A stretch of DNA of 60,359 nucleotides, filler included, from Asterionella formosa (GCA_002256025.1; 8 parts of 8 records of this genome joined end to end with filler, not necessarily neighbours in it); one strand, 5' to 3'; positions 22,724 to 34,849 are shown, counted from the whole stretch's first letter. The notes: a model not told the origin generated them from the letters alone. Translations and numbers: made by a program.

Positions 22724-24930
22724 GCTCTTGCAATGAAAGAGGCGTGTCAGGAGGAAATATATCTGACACTCAATGTCCATGAACGAGGAGACTGGGCTGA
22801 CAAAGGACGTGATTTTCAGTAGTGGAACAGTCTGACTGGTACAGATCGCTTGTCTGTACTGAATATGCCTCTGCTCACTGGTAGTTACAATATGGGCTGG
22901 CAGCAGCGGTCCAGCGGGAATAAGTACAGCTCTGTAAGTGGACATGCTTTTTGTATTGGCGGCTACACGAAAAAGATACTAGATTACAGAGTTAAATCTA
23001 AGGTCTGTAATGTGTGCGACAGGGCTATACGGTACAAGAAACCAATCAAGGAACATGTTTGTCCCAAGAATCATGTAACTGGTAGTTCGAAAGCAATGGA
23101 ACCAGATGCTGGTGTGGAAATGATGATTGATGCAGTAATGAAAAACAATGTTATCAAATACTACAATCATCTTTGATGATGATTCTACTATTCGAGCTGT
23201 TTCTAAGTGGTCCTATAAGGAGTTATTGAAACTACAGCCATCCTTCCAATGGCCAAGAACATTGAAAGGATTAAAAAAAATCGGACAAAAGATGCCTTCC
23301 ACTGACTGTACCCAAACCTACATATCTGTCTGACCCATCCCACAGAGTACGGGTCCTTCTCCGCACAGTTTTTATGAAATCCAATGGCCCAGTCTCCCTC
23401 GAGCGTCCCTCAAAAGCAGATTGTCTCCGGTTGAAAGTTTACTATGGCGCTTGGATTAGAAAAAACCGGAACCTCTCTCTGGCCGAATTTAGTATTTCCT
23501 CCAAGGCAACAATCAACCATTTATTTGGCTGCCACGATTACTGCTCTGAGACATGGTGCCCTGTAAAATCAGGAAAAATGGTCAGTAACGGAAAATATCA
23601 TGTAAGGGAAAAGGAAACAGATTTATACAAATGGTTAATGCTTCATGTTGCAACGAAAGTCGAAGGAGAAAAGCTACTATGATTGCATCATCCCTTTGAT
23701 ACGCAGATTAATGAGGAAATGAACAATGCAGTGTTACGACGATGTCCAAAAAACAAGGTGTTTGCGGGATCTGGAGGCCGTCAATATCGAGTGGCTTCGG
23801 TTGCTGGGCAACACACACAAGGAATGTATGCAAGCGATGTGGAATGCAGATGTCAGCACTGCAAGAATACTTCTGGAGACAAAAAGAAAAGCGACGAAGA
23901 GACGATGGAGCCTATAAAGTACAATTCAAACAAAAGAGGAAACGAAGCGAAAAAATACATGCAGCACGATTCGAAACAGTCAAACAGGAAAGACAAGATA
24001 ACAAATCAGATAAGACTTACGGTTCTGGTGTTGCGCTCAGAAGGGAACATCAGGAAACAAGAAGGAAAGGAACAGATGTCTGCAATCATTGTGGCCGCAA
24101 TGATCATCAAAGGAAAAGCAGTGCACTCTGTCCCTTCAATGTACTGGCAGGCAAAGTGCCTGATCACACTGGTATGCATATGATTAATGATGATCAGCTA
24201 CCTACTTCTGTGGAAATTGTACCGGCCAACACCCAAGAAAATGTTACATGTGCACCATCCAGTGTGGCCAGCTTGGGTTTGCAAGACCGTGCAAACCAGG
24301 CCAATCAATTGTCGGTAAGTAATTGAACTTGACCAATCAAAATATTTATACTGAAGCGTGCACTTACAATGGAATTTTTTGTACAGGCGATTGTAGGACG
24401 AAAATCGAATCACAAGAAGACTCCTATTCCGATGATGACGTTTCGGTGATTAGTGATTCTGATTCTGACATTTTGGTGACCGTTGAAAAGGCCGATATTG
24501 TCGAATTTTTGGATGACGATAGCTCAACGTTGGCATGGTTTGAAGAAGAGTTAAGTACATAGGTAATCTTCATTTAGCCCCAGAAGTTAACTTTCGGCGA
24601 GAAACTGCAGAAAGGAACTTCGGTTTTTTTACTAGGCCAAATAAACGAGTTGGCCTGGTAAAATCCACTATTTTCAGCATAGTTAAAAAACCGAAGTTCT
24701 TTTCTGCAGTTTCTCGCCAGATCCTTTATCCTGACGATATACAGCGTTGACCTATACCCCTAATTTGTCAGAAGACTGTATCTAAGCATATGGAACGGGT
24801 GTATATTGGTGAAAGCTCCGTTTAGCGATATACATATACGTTTTTGGCGTAAGAAGTGTGAGTTTGACTACTCTGACTCAATATTATTTTTTTAACCCTA
24901 CCTCGACTTAGGGGTTCAAATGCAGGAACC
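22724..24930 (+). mobile_element. Kolobok-type DNA transposon (copy C): transposase pseudogene and 3' terminus
   Basis: SYNMGWQQRSSG, CPKNHVTGSSKAMEPDA, IIFDDDSTIRA, LSDPSHRVR, INHLFGCHDYCSETWC, FDTQINE and C-terminal CNHCGRNDH...CP. Ends CTTAGGGGTTCAAATGCAGGAACC then TTAA (24931-24934). Confidence 0.85.
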
Positions 24931-25390
24931 TTAATAGGAGCACGGTAAAACGGTACCAGTACCGGTTCCAGGTACCAGGTTCTTTGAAATCTATGCTGTA
25001 CAGTATGATGTACTACCTGATGGTGTACAGGCAGCCTACCGTAGCTACGTAGTTAAAACACTCCCTCCACCATACTTGATGACGTCACGAACCCTGTTGC
25101 GAGTGCGGATAAATACTGGTACCTGTTACTCTGACGGTAAGTACCTGGTACCAGGTACTGATAGTGCAGGAGAGAACCATGATGAGTACTGGTACTATGT
25201 AATAACTAGCTAATGCACAACATACCAGGAAGTACCGGTAGTAAGTATCACGAATCATAATGATGGAAGCAATTGAAATGGTGCACCCTGATGTACGTCT
25301 GAAATGATGGTTATAATCTGATGAGGATTTTGCAGGTCCTGCACATTTTTTACAGAGGCAGCGAGGTCATAAAGTATAAGTACAACTGTC

Positions 25391-26128
25391 ATGAAATCCC
25401 TCCGCATCCGACCAGCTATTCTCTTGTTTGGTGACTCCATCACGCAGCAGTCGTTTGGAGTCGATGGAAAAGTAGGGTGGGCCTCTCTGTTGGCCTCAGC
25501 TTACTTTCGTCGCGCCGATGTCCTGAACCGGGGCTTTTCTGGGTATACTACCAGGCTAGCGTTGGAGCTGGTTCCGAGAGTGTTTGGGGTACCCTCTCAG
25601 GAGGGAATTCTGTTTTGTGCTGTATTCTTCGGGGCCAATGATGCAGCCTTACCTGGTCAAAAGCAGCATGTACCGATTGAGGAGTACGGAGAAAATTTGG
25701 CAAAGATTGTAGCGTCGATTCGCGAACACACGGAACAAGCAGACTTTCCTATCATTCTCATCACACCGCCGCCCGTAAATAAAGTAGCATGGGACAAGTA
25801 CTGCCAAAATTATTATGGTAGTCCCGATGGCGGAAGGATCAACGAAAATACCAAGTCCTATGGAGAAGTTGTCAAGGCAGTTGCCAACGAAAATGGGTGT
25901 TCGGTTCTAGATGTTTTTGAACTGATGGGAGGGAACGGAAACGACTATGCCAAGCATCTCAGTGACGGTCTTCATATGGACCAAAGTGGCAGCGTCCTCA
26001 TCTATGAAGGTCTAATGAATCACATCAAGTCAACGTATCCCGACTTGGCACCAATGGAAGGGGATGGTCAAAGTGAAAAGCAAGGTGTTCCGATAGAAGA
26101 AACGCTGTCCACTAATATATTCCTATGA
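25391..26128 (+). CDS. IAH1: Isoamyl acetate-hydrolysing esterase-like SGNH/GDSL hydrolase
   Basis: LFGDSIT, RRADVLNRGFSGYTT, FFGANDA and SDGLH blocks. Confidence 0.92.
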   Translation: MKSLRIRPAILLFGDSITQQSFGVDGKVGWASLLASAYFRRADVLNRGFSGYTTRLALELVPRVFGVPSQEGILFCAVFFGANDAALPGQKQHVPIEEYGENLAKIVASIREHTEQADFPIILITPPPVNKVAWDKYCQNYYGSPDGGRINENTKSYGEVVKAVANENGCSVLDVFELMGGNGNDYAKHLSDGLHMDQSGSVLIYEGLMNHIKSTYPDLAPMEGDGQSEKQGVPIEETLSTNIFL

Positions 26129-26190
26129 TTTATTAACATGATTGGCGCAGCTTCTTCTTTGTTCACTGTACATTGATGAGAACTTCGATC

Positions 26191-29100
26191 CTAGTCGTTT
26201 TGTTCCTTGTCAGCTTTTCCGACAGGCAACGAGATAGCAATTGACCGCTGTAACCGCCTCATTCTCGACAGGCTCTTAATCATGTCTGCTACAGTTAGCA
26301 TCCTCAGGCCCTTCATTTGTCGCTGGTGACTCATCCAAGCCTGAATATCTTGCGATGGGATATTTAGGGCACCCAAGTTGCCAGGTACGGATGCTGTGTT
26401 TAGGGGAGGATAAAACTCTTCAGTCAACATTCGTTGAACCTCGGGTCTCAAAACAGGTCGCATTTGGTAGGCAGAATTTCGACCCCGGCCAGTCACAATG
26501 AGAAGGTCCCGTTCATCTGAATTATTAGAAAGCAACACATCTTGTTGTAAAGCAATACGGACCGCAGAATGCGCCAAAGCCACATTCATACCATGCAAAT
26601 CAACAACAACTTGGTTAGACTCTACTCCAGTTGACACGCAGTACGGAAGGAAGCCTTTGGTCACTGCTTCCACATAAAGATCATCGGCATCGTCATAAAT
26701 ACCATTGTTATGCAGAGCATTGATTGCTCCGATGTACAGGATTTCTTCATATCCTTGTCCAGATTTCTGATAATCACTTGGCGACGGTCGAACTTGCAGA
26801 ATTCGGGCAAGGAGACCCACGACCTCCAAACCTCCCCCACGAGCAGCAAGGATTCTGAAAGCAGAAGTCACTGCTTCCTTCTGTGGTCGGCGTCCACTCC
26901 ATTGAATCCAATCCTCAATGGCTCGCAACGCCCACGCATCCTGGTTTCGAATCTCGAAACACAATACAGCAGCTGTTAACCCTCGAGCGAGCTTTCTGTA
27001 TTTGCGACTGAGGCGGTCTTCGTCCCCTCTTGCATTGTTTGGGTGCAGTACTTCCAAGTACGGGCGCAAGAATTGAAGCGTGTTGACACAGATCCTCCAA
27101 TGACCAGATTTGGAAGCCGAAATCAATAGAAGCATCCAATCATTGGCCTTCATACCAACGTGGTTGTAGTTTCGCGACCAGTTCACGAGCTCCTTGATAT
27201 CGAATATATGATCTTCTTCAACGGAATCGAAACAATCAGAAACATTCATATTCGGAGTGGCAGCATTTGTACCATTTGAAGTAGACAGAATGTTGGAAAT
27301 ATTTTGGATGTCTTCAACAAAAGAAAGTGCCGCAGTAATGTTTCCTTTACTGGCGCAAATCTTCATAAGAGATCGATGTAAGCGAGGAAGAATGTCAATT
27401 GTCATCTTCAATTGTCCGCCCAATATGGTCTTGACCGAAGCTTCTTCCTCAAGAACACGCTTGTGGATTACCCGTAGGACCCTGCGGCCTTCGTCCAAAA
27501 GACCCGATGAAGAGTATGCTCTACAAACCGCCGATTGTAATTGGGGCGACGGACTAGCTAGGCTTTGCAGAATAGCATCCGCCTTTGCTGCCCTCGATTG
27601 GGCAACTCGTGCAACACTACCATCATAGAGATTCGATTTTGCGGAAACCTTCCGGAGTTTCCGTTGAATTGAGGATTCGTCCCCGGCCGCTTCAATTGCC
27701 AAATGGGAGTACGAAAAGGCGATTTGTTGCAATGTTATCTGGCTCGACTTTAGTCCACTTTCCTTCATCATCGCGAGGATGGCAAGTGCACTATCCAAGT
27801 CACTTGCCGCTAGGCATGTGGAAATGGCTGTGGAATACAGCTTCTCGTCTAGCTTAAACCATCCTTTAACAACCATAGAAATATCTATTCCGCAAGTACG
27901 CTTCAAGGTTGCTTTTGCGTCCTTGTTTTCTTTCAGAGCATCAAAAAGTGTAATAATGTTGACTGTGTTTTGATTTGTGCCCAACGCAAGTATCAAATCA
28001 GAAACAGTCTCTGAGTTTGCAGATACCATGGCATCCTCCATCATTTTGAATGTTCGTGAAATCAAATCCAAGTCGCCTCGGAGTGCAAAGACAGACAATG
28101 CTGCATTGAAAATAAATCTCATTCCTTCAGCTGCTCGCCCAGACAACTTCGTCGTGGCAAGCTGGTCGCTGGCCACATCTTGTGCCGCCCAATCAAGCAT
28201 ACGAAAGATGGCAACGCTATTGCTGATCGATGCCTTAATTGCGTTGCGATACGTCATGGCATCTCTTGGAATGCGGTTTCGTCGCATTTGATGCAACAAT
28301 TCACTCGCCGCATCATCTGTGTTCGACCATTCTTGTTCCTTTCCTTTCTCGAAATACTCCAGAACAACTCTTCCTTGTTCGTCTCTCAAGACGGTACCAA
28401 ACTCATCCATAACAGAAAGAGCAGTGTTGTAACTGACAGTATCAGGTTCGGTATCAAGTCCCTCTTTGTCATGCAGTTGTTGCATTGTTTGCAACAGCGA
28501 CAACGCCATTTGGATTCGATTCTGTCTACTTTTTCGGCTCGACGAGACACACGCAGAAAGTGCTGCGTTGTAGACCCACGTGTTTGGTTCTGTAAAATTT
28601 CTCATCCGATTCAATAATTCCAATGCCGTGTCATATTCATTGCAGCGCGCACACGCCGAAATGGCGGACGAGTAGGCATACACGTTGGGTACTGGAAAGG
28701 CCCATTTCTCAGTTTGAACGGACTGTTCCATGGCATGTAACAACGACAGTGCTGCTTTCCACTGGTATCCCTTATCAAAAGTGCTCATGATAGTGCTGCA
28801 CGTTACAATATCGGGTGATAATCTGACAAATTTCATATACTCCAATAAATCCATGGCGGCCTGAGATCCAAAGTGTCGTCGTCCAGAGGATCCAAATACC
28901 AAAGTCGCTCGTTCGTTCAAGCGCAGGGCTGCACAGCAAACAATATTGTTGGGTTCAACACACGACTTGAGTACTTTCATGCCCTCTTCAAATTGCCAAC
29001 ATGGCGATTTTCCTTCTTTCCAATTGTTCGTGACTGCCTGTTCATCCACAATGGACTCCGTGAGGAGGTTCAACAGAGTGCTGGCTGTATATGCATCTCC

Positions 29101-29799
29101 TTGTATGCCAGACGTTTGATATAGCTCTAGCGCCGCTTTTAATTTCTGTCGACTGCCCAATGCCTTGAGCATTGTATTCAATTCAAAGGCCCCGAGTGGA
29201 CATGATAATAAGTGAGGATGCTCGACGGCTAGTTTCCACACTTGCTTCAATTTGTTAACATTGGCTGCTGTACGCGACAATGATTCTACAGCCTCCCCAA
29301 AGATGCGAGGCGACAAGAGCGCTTGGTTTCCTTGACAAAATCCGATCGCTGCCTTGACCAGCGCGAGAATGAGTCGATAGTCTCCAGAGGTGGATGCTGA
29401 TCGGATTGACTGAACCATGGATCGTTCCAGCGCTTCTATAAGGAGTGCTTGGTCGTCGCCCACCAGGCTAGGTGGGTTCTGTAAAAAGTAGACAAGCGAT
29501 TTGATTGGTTTGGTGACGTCTCCGTTGTTGGTAATGGCTTTGTGGATGTTGTAAACATAGGACCAGAGAATTTCAGTGACAGTTCTTGAATCGTCCATTG
29601 GCAATCTGCGCTCAAATGTCCTCGTAGGTGCGGTTTGTACTGACAAGGAGCTCTTCGAATTGGAGCATGTTGATGACGACCGAGGCAGTATTGAGCTTCG
29701 CCGTTGACTTGCAAGCGGTACAAATGCGGTGTTTGAAGAAAGTAATAGAGGCACCATTAAGCATTTCACAAAAAGTCGTGTAATACGTGCCGCCTTCAT
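26191..29799 (-). CDS. Plastid-targeted PPR protein with C-terminal SMR domain (~1200 aa)
   Basis: PPR motifs PDIVTCSTIM, PNVYAYSSAISAC, PNTWVYNAALSAC and PDTVSYNTAL; SMR motifs DLHGM and LIVTGRGRNS. Start taken at MKAARIT because a hydrophobic stretch and TAFVP presequence motif follow. Confidence 0.88.
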   Translation of the reverse strand: MKAARITRLFVKCLMVPLLLSSNTAFVPLASQRRSSILPRSSSTCSNSKSSLSVQTAPTRTFERRLPMDDSRTVTEILWSYVYNIHKAITNNGDVTKPIKSLVYFLQNPPSLVGDDQALLIEALERSMVQSIRSASTSGDYRLILALVKAAIGFCQGNQALLSPRIFGEAVESLSRTAANVNKLKQVWKLAVEHPHLLSCPLGAFELNTMLKALGSRQKLKAALELYQTSGIQGDAYTASTLLNLLTESIVDEQAVTNNWKEGKSPCWQFEEGMKVLKSCVEPNNIVCCAALRLNERATLVFGSSGRRHFGSQAAMDLLEYMKFVRLSPDIVTCSTIMSTFDKGYQWKAALSLLHAMEQSVQTEKWAFPVPNVYAYSSAISACARCNEYDTALELLNRMRNFTEPNTWVYNAALSACVSSSRKSRQNRIQMALSLLQTMQQLHDKEGLDTEPDTVSYNTALSVMDEFGTVLRDEQGRVVLEYFEKGKEQEWSNTDDAASELLHQMRRNRIPRDAMTYRNAIKASISNSVAIFRMLDWAAQDVASDQLATTKLSGRAAEGMRFIFNAALSVFALRGDLDLISRTFKMMEDAMVSANSETVSDLILALGTNQNTVNIITLFDALKENKDAKATLKRTCGIDISMVVKGWFKLDEKLYSTAISTCLAASDLDSALAILAMMKESGLKSSQITLQQIAFSYSHLAIEAAGDESSIQRKLRKVSAKSNLYDGSVARVAQSRAAKADAILQSLASPSPQLQSAVCRAYSSSGLLDEGRRVLRVIHKRVLEEEASVKTILGGQLKMTIDILPRLHRSLMKICASKGNITAALSFVEDIQNISNILSTSNGTNAATPNMNVSDCFDSVEEDHIFDIKELVNWSRNYNHVGMKANDWMLLLISASKSGHWRICVNTLQFLRPYLEVLHPNNARGDEDRLSRKYRKLARGLTAAVLCFEIRNQDAWALRAIEDWIQWSGRRPQKEAVTSAFRILAARGGGLEVVGLLARILQVRPSPSDYQKSGQGYEEILYIGAINALHNNGIYDDADDLYVEAVTKGFLPYCVSTGVESNQVVVDLHGMNVALAHSAVRIALQQDVLLSNNSDERDLLIVTGRGRNSAYQMRPVLRPEVQRMLTEEFYPPLNTASVPGNLGALNIPSQDIQAWMSHQRQMKGLRMLTVADMIKSLSRMRRLQRSIAISLPVGKADKEQND

Positions 29800-30552
29800 C
29801 TTGCGAATCAGGATCAGTTCGTCGCTGGAACAGAATGCAGGGACAGCGAGAGAGCCTTCAAGACAAGCTGTGATTCCCTGCGGTGGACAACGCGTGCAAT
29901 TCGGGCTTTTAGTATTTGCTATTGAACGACCATATGATGGAGCTGGAAGAACATTTTTATGCATAGAATCATGATCGAACGAGCAGATCATCGAGGCTGC
30001 AAAATATTTGGGACGAGGCTACCGTAGATACATAACGGTATGGAAACACGTACAATGTACTCGTAGTACTAACAAGGCATCAAAAAGCAGGACACATTAT
30101 ATTCATTGACATATTTTATTCACTTTTGCTTTGTGAATTCCTCAAAATCAGCCATCAACAAGCGATGATGCATTTATCTTTGTTGNNNNNNNNNNNNNNN
30201 NNNNNNNNNNNNNNNNNNNNNNNNNNNNNTTAATTAATTAANNNNNNNNNNNNNNNNNNNNNNNNNNNNNNNNNNNNNNNNNNNNACCACATCTTCTCCT
30301 ACATAGCTAGAATATACCGTTGTCTACATACGACCGGTATATTGAGTGGACGAGCTGCTACAAGCAGGCCTGAAGCAAGCAAACAGCTACCGGTTTGCAT
30401 AATAATAATATAATTTAAAAAAATAATAATAATAATACCAATATAACAAAACAAGCAACTTAGGGACGTTTATTACAAACATCTCAACAAGGAGCACACC
30501 ATTCTTTGATCACTCAAATCACTCAAATTTCTCAAATTCCCTGTGTATTGGC

Positions 30553-32076
30553 ATGTCATTTATCTGCGAGTTATCAGGCGAGCCGCTCACTGGAGCAGCT
30601 GAAGTCGTTGTAACTCCCTCTGGTCATATCTGTCTGAAGCGGCTGTTACTAACGAAGCTAGCGGAAAATGGTGGCGTTGATCCTTGGTCGACAGGACCGC
30701 TGCAAGAGAGCGAGCTGGTCAATCTGGCCACCAAATCAAAGGTCCTGCCTCCTCGACCACAAATTACTAGTCTCCCAAATCTACTGGGACTGATGCAAAG
30801 TGAATACGACAATCTCGTTCTGGAATTGTTTGATACCCGTCAGGCGCTGGAAGATACCCGAAAGGAGCTGTCGCAGGCTCTTTATCAAAATGACGCCGCG
30901 GTCAGAGTTGTCGCTCGGATTAGCATGGAGCGTGATCAAGCTAGACAGGAGTTGCAGCAGTGGTCTGCTGGAGTTAAGACTGCCGCAGTAACTGTGGCAA
31001 CTGACGGAGATTCAGCAACGGAACCACCAGCCAAGAAACAAAAGACGGATGCCCCAGTCAAGATTGATGCTCAACCAGGTTCTGCTAAAATACCTGACGA
31101 TCAACTTCTAATTTTGACGAATACATGGGAGAAACTATCGCAGGAACGAAAAGCACAAAAGAAGGATCTGGTTGCCGCGGCACCGTCTAAGGAGAGGCTA
31201 TCCAAGTTTACAGAAATCGCTCACAAGGGATGGCACAAATCTTCCGGAAAACAAGGGCTCCTTGGTATTGTTCAAGATGGAGACTTCGTGGCCACAACAG
31301 GCAGAGACAAGCAAGTTTGCGTTTATGACACGAAGGAAGGTGTGGTGAGTTTTAGTGTTGCTGGCGTAGGTGGGACAAGCTCGCTAGATTTGCAAGGAAC
31401 CCGAGTGGTTGTTGGTGTCGACAAGACTGTCAAGTTGTTTGTTAAGGATCAAGAATCTGCAACGCTTGAACTAGAGTCCGAAGTTGTGCAAGTGCAGTTC
31501 CATCCCTCAGGTCAACATGTGGTTGTCTTGTTGAAAGATTCCCGCTTGATACTGTGCGATGCAAATCTGCAAGAAATCGCCTCATTTGGTGAGGAAGGCA
31601 CGACATATACCGCGGGCCGACTTCACCCCGATGGACTGTTGTATGCTGCTGGAACTGAGTCTGGTGACTTGCAGCTATGGGACTTCAAGTCTGGAGGATT
31701 GGCAACCACCTTACGATCAGAATCCGACGATACTGCCGTTGCCGAAGTCTCCTTCTCCTCCAGTGGCTACCATTTTGTTTCCGTAACATTTTCTGGTAAA
31801 GTGCATGTTTGGGATCTGAAAAAGCAAAAGACAATGGCTGTTCTTGAAGAAATTTCAGCGAAAACCGCTTGCTTCGACGTATCCGGAAAGTACCTTGCAT
31901 ATGCAGGCGAAAAGGGTGTGGTTCTCACTGCTCTAAAGGAGTGGGGCATTTTGGCGCAGTGGGCAAGAAAAACTAGTGGAATGGTATGGTCGGCAGAGTC
32001 TCTTGTCACATGTAGCGACAAGGAGCGGGCAGTTCGATTCCATGGTGTTGGGGATGATAATGTGCAAGTCGATTAG
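30553..32076 (+). CDS. PRP19: Pre-mRNA-processing factor 19 (U-box, coiled coil, WD40)
   Basis: N-terminal U-box CELSGE...VVTPSGH, signature SLPNLL..MQSEYD...ELSQALYQNDAAVRVVAR and WD40 repeats (HPDGL, LWDFK, VWDLKK). Confidence 0.95.
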   Translation: MSFICELSGEPLTGAAEVVVTPSGHICLKRLLLTKLAENGGVDPWSTGPLQESELVNLATKSKVLPPRPQITSLPNLLGLMQSEYDNLVLELFDTRQALEDTRKELSQALYQNDAAVRVVARISMERDQARQELQQWSAGVKTAAVTVATDGDSATEPPAKKQKTDAPVKIDAQPGSAKIPDDQLLILTNTWEKLSQERKAQKKDLVAAAPSKERLSKFTEIAHKGWHKSSGKQGLLGIVQDGDFVATTGRDKQVCVYDTKEGVVSFSVAGVGGTSSLDLQGTRVVVGVDKTVKLFVKDQESATLELESEVVQVQFHPSGQHVVVLLKDSRLILCDANLQEIASFGEEGTTYTAGRLHPDGLLYAAGTESGDLQLWDFKSGGLATTLRSESDDTAVAEVSFSSSGYHFVSVTFSGKVHVWDLKKQKTMAVLEEISAKTACFDVSGKYLAYAGEKGVVLTALKEWGILAQWARKTSGMVWSAESLVTCSDKERAVRFHGVGDDNVQVD

Positions 32077-33486
32077 AAGGAATGTATTCTTCCTTAATCG
32101 AGTATTATACTTGGGAGAGCAATTAAGATAATTTTTCATGATTGCAACATTTGTAAATGCCCCTTCAATACAAGTAGCCGTGATCCCTCGTCGTTTTACA
32201 TGCACTGTCTTGTCAAGACACTGAAGACCATACGAATCGAATTGTGCATCCTGTTATGGCTTATATTGCTAGACTCCCACTAGTGTCACAAATGCTGTCT
32301 CAAAAGAATCATTTTAGTACTGGCATGGAGAGCTAGTCTATACAAACTATTAGTTAATGCATGTCTACATGCAGGTTAAAAAAAAGTATTGAGTCTCCTT
32401 TAGGCAACCTTTAGGGCTGGATTGCGACTCGTTTTCCTAGGAAACCCTCACTGCATATTATGAAATTAAATGCCAACTCTGTCCTATATCATAGAAATTC
32501 TTCAAAACTCCAGAGCAGCCATAGGACATGTTCCAAGATTAGCGGCAAGGCAGAGTTATCATGTTCTGACAGAACTTTCAGTCTACCTAGTTGGCACTAG
32601 AATTGCAGCTACAATGGAAATCTACATTAGGTTGCTTGGAGCTGTGGACCTATTCTATTAGTTCCTTTAGGGAGAAAGTGCACTTTTTTATTTGCCTCAT
32701 CAAGACCTCCCTCCCTACCTTAAGGATATTGGATACAGGACATGTACAAATCCTTTGCTGACTACCGGTATTTCTTTATAACGTACTACATAGACGACCC
32801 CGGGATATTTTACACTGCTGTCAAGTTACCGAGTACCTGGTACCTACCAGGTATTATTAACCGCCTCTACCACACCTTCGCTCCCAAGTGTTTTTTTTCA
32901 GTATATNNNNNNNNNNNNNNNNNNNNNNNNNNNNNNNNNNNNNNNNNNNNNNNNNNNNNNNNNNNNNNNNNNNNNNNNNNNNNNNNNNNNNNNNNNNNNN
33001 NNNNNNNNNNNNNNNNNNNNNNNNNNNNNNNNNNNNNNNNNNNNNNNNNNNNNNNNNNNNNNNNNNNNNNNNNNNNNNNNNNNNNNNNNNNNNNNNNNNN
33101 NNNNNNNNNNNNNNNNNNNNNNNNNNNNNNNNNNNNNNNNNNNNNNNNNNNNNNNNNNNNNNNNNNNNNNNNNNNNNNNNNNNNNNNNNNNNCACGAAAC
33201 GATATCATGTACATACGACCACTCGTAATATTCCCTGCTGGTACCGGTACCTGGTAACAGGTTTTAAATATATATAAAAAATGTATACGGTATGCATAAA
33301 AACTGTGGATAATATAAAATGAGTCCTTACTGGTATCGAATGGCATCCTCGAAGAAAATCTTTTCGTCAGCAGCATTAGATACTGGTCGTGCCCGACTGC
33401 TTTCTACTGTTTTTACAGGCAGCAGATCTACCGGGAACCTTTCTCGCTCATTCCCCAACCATTATCTGGCTACTTCGTCCCGAACA

Positions 33487-34312
33487 ATGTCTGCTTATTC
33501 CCAACCCGCCAAGGCCGAATGGTCGACCCCCATCGATGTTGGCGGCACTGTGCCATCTGTGACCTTCAAAACTCGAGTTCGCATTGAATCAGACGATGAG
33601 AACCCTTTCGACTGGAAAGACGTGACGTCTGAGGATTACTTCAAGGGCAAGCGCGTCGTTCTCTTCTCACTTCCAGGTGAGGTGCTTGAACGTTGCTCAT
33701 GATGTTTCCCACCTTGCTGCTAAGTGTGCGATGCATTGACTAATCCATGGTTCTTTTTCATCAACTCCGTGCCATCGACAGGCGCCTTCACTCCCACTTG
33801 CTCGACTTCTCATTTACCTGGCTACGAAGCCAAATACGAGGAATTCAAGGCCTGTGGAATCGACGAGATCTACTGTCTCTCTGTCAACGATGCCTTTGTG
33901 GTACGTGCTCAACTTTTAGTGTCCTGATGTCGTGTTGTTCTTCTTGATACCCAACCTACTTGCATAGTGACACAATGTTCAATCCGAATGTTTCTTTTGC
34001 TCTTTTCAGATGCGAGCTTGGGGCCTCAAACAGGGCTTGACTGAAGACAAAACTCCTGGATCCAATGGATTTACCAAAGTTAAGCTAATCCCTGATGGAG
34101 CCTGCTTGTTCACTCGTGGAATGGGAATGTCGTGCGTTTGGGAAACGAACCGTGGATTCGGTGAGCGCTCCTGGAGGTACGCGGCTGTTATTGATGACAT
34201 GAAGGTTGAGAAGATTTTCATCGAGGGAGGCGGACTCACACAGGATTCTGGACCTGATCCATTTGAGGTGACTGATGCTGAAACTATCCTCGCTTACCTC
34301 ACTGAGAAATAG
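33487..34312 (+). CDS. Type II (Prx5-like) peroxiredoxin; exons 33487-33676, 33782-33900, 34010-34312
   Basis: Splicing rebuilds [30 protein letters not shown] and [10 protein letters not shown]. Both introns are GT-AG. An in-frame upstream ATG exists at 33319. Confidence 0.93.
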
Positions 34313-34849
34313 AGTTTGTAGAACCTTGAAATGGCGACTTTATAGCATTCATTCCAGTTGGCCTTCTAATGCGCAGTATCTCTGCTTAATTACATTTCCA
34401 CAGCTTCAATTGTATGTTCCATTTAGACTGCCAGTAGTCATAGTGAGGCCCCTAGGCAAGCAGAAAAAAATTGTACTCTGCTACATCCAATCAGAATGCA
34501 AAAGGAATGGTCGACATTCGTTGGATGGCCTTAAAAGGGCAGGCACGAGATCAGAGCTTCTCCGCACTCCCATGGAATGAAAACGCAAAATCATGGTATC
34601 ATTGGCCATACTATCGTGATTTAGAACGTTCATTAAATCGCATACCGGTAGTCCGCAACAATTATGGCGGAAGCTAGTTTCTAACCAGACCTCTGGCCTT
34701 CGTTTCTTCGATCCACCTTGCCAGCCTTGATCATGTGAATCATAATATCTTGTCTGTCAGCTGGAAATTTGATTGTAGGTTGGTGACATATCTTTCACAC
34801 TGATATCAAGGATTCGGGTGCCATGCCCTTGATCTCGAACTGTGCAATT

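Noticed and set aside
24323..24562. Acidic ORF (also 7740-7931) as an independent gene or spliced last exon of the transposase
   Set aside because: It is shared only because both lie in the same transposon end. The obvious GTAAGT (24315) / TACAG (24386) splice pair does not join it in frame.
29800..29991. N-terminal extension of the PPR-SMR ORF
   Set aside because: The targeting presequence begins at MKAARIT (29799); the upstream frame is probably 5' UTR.
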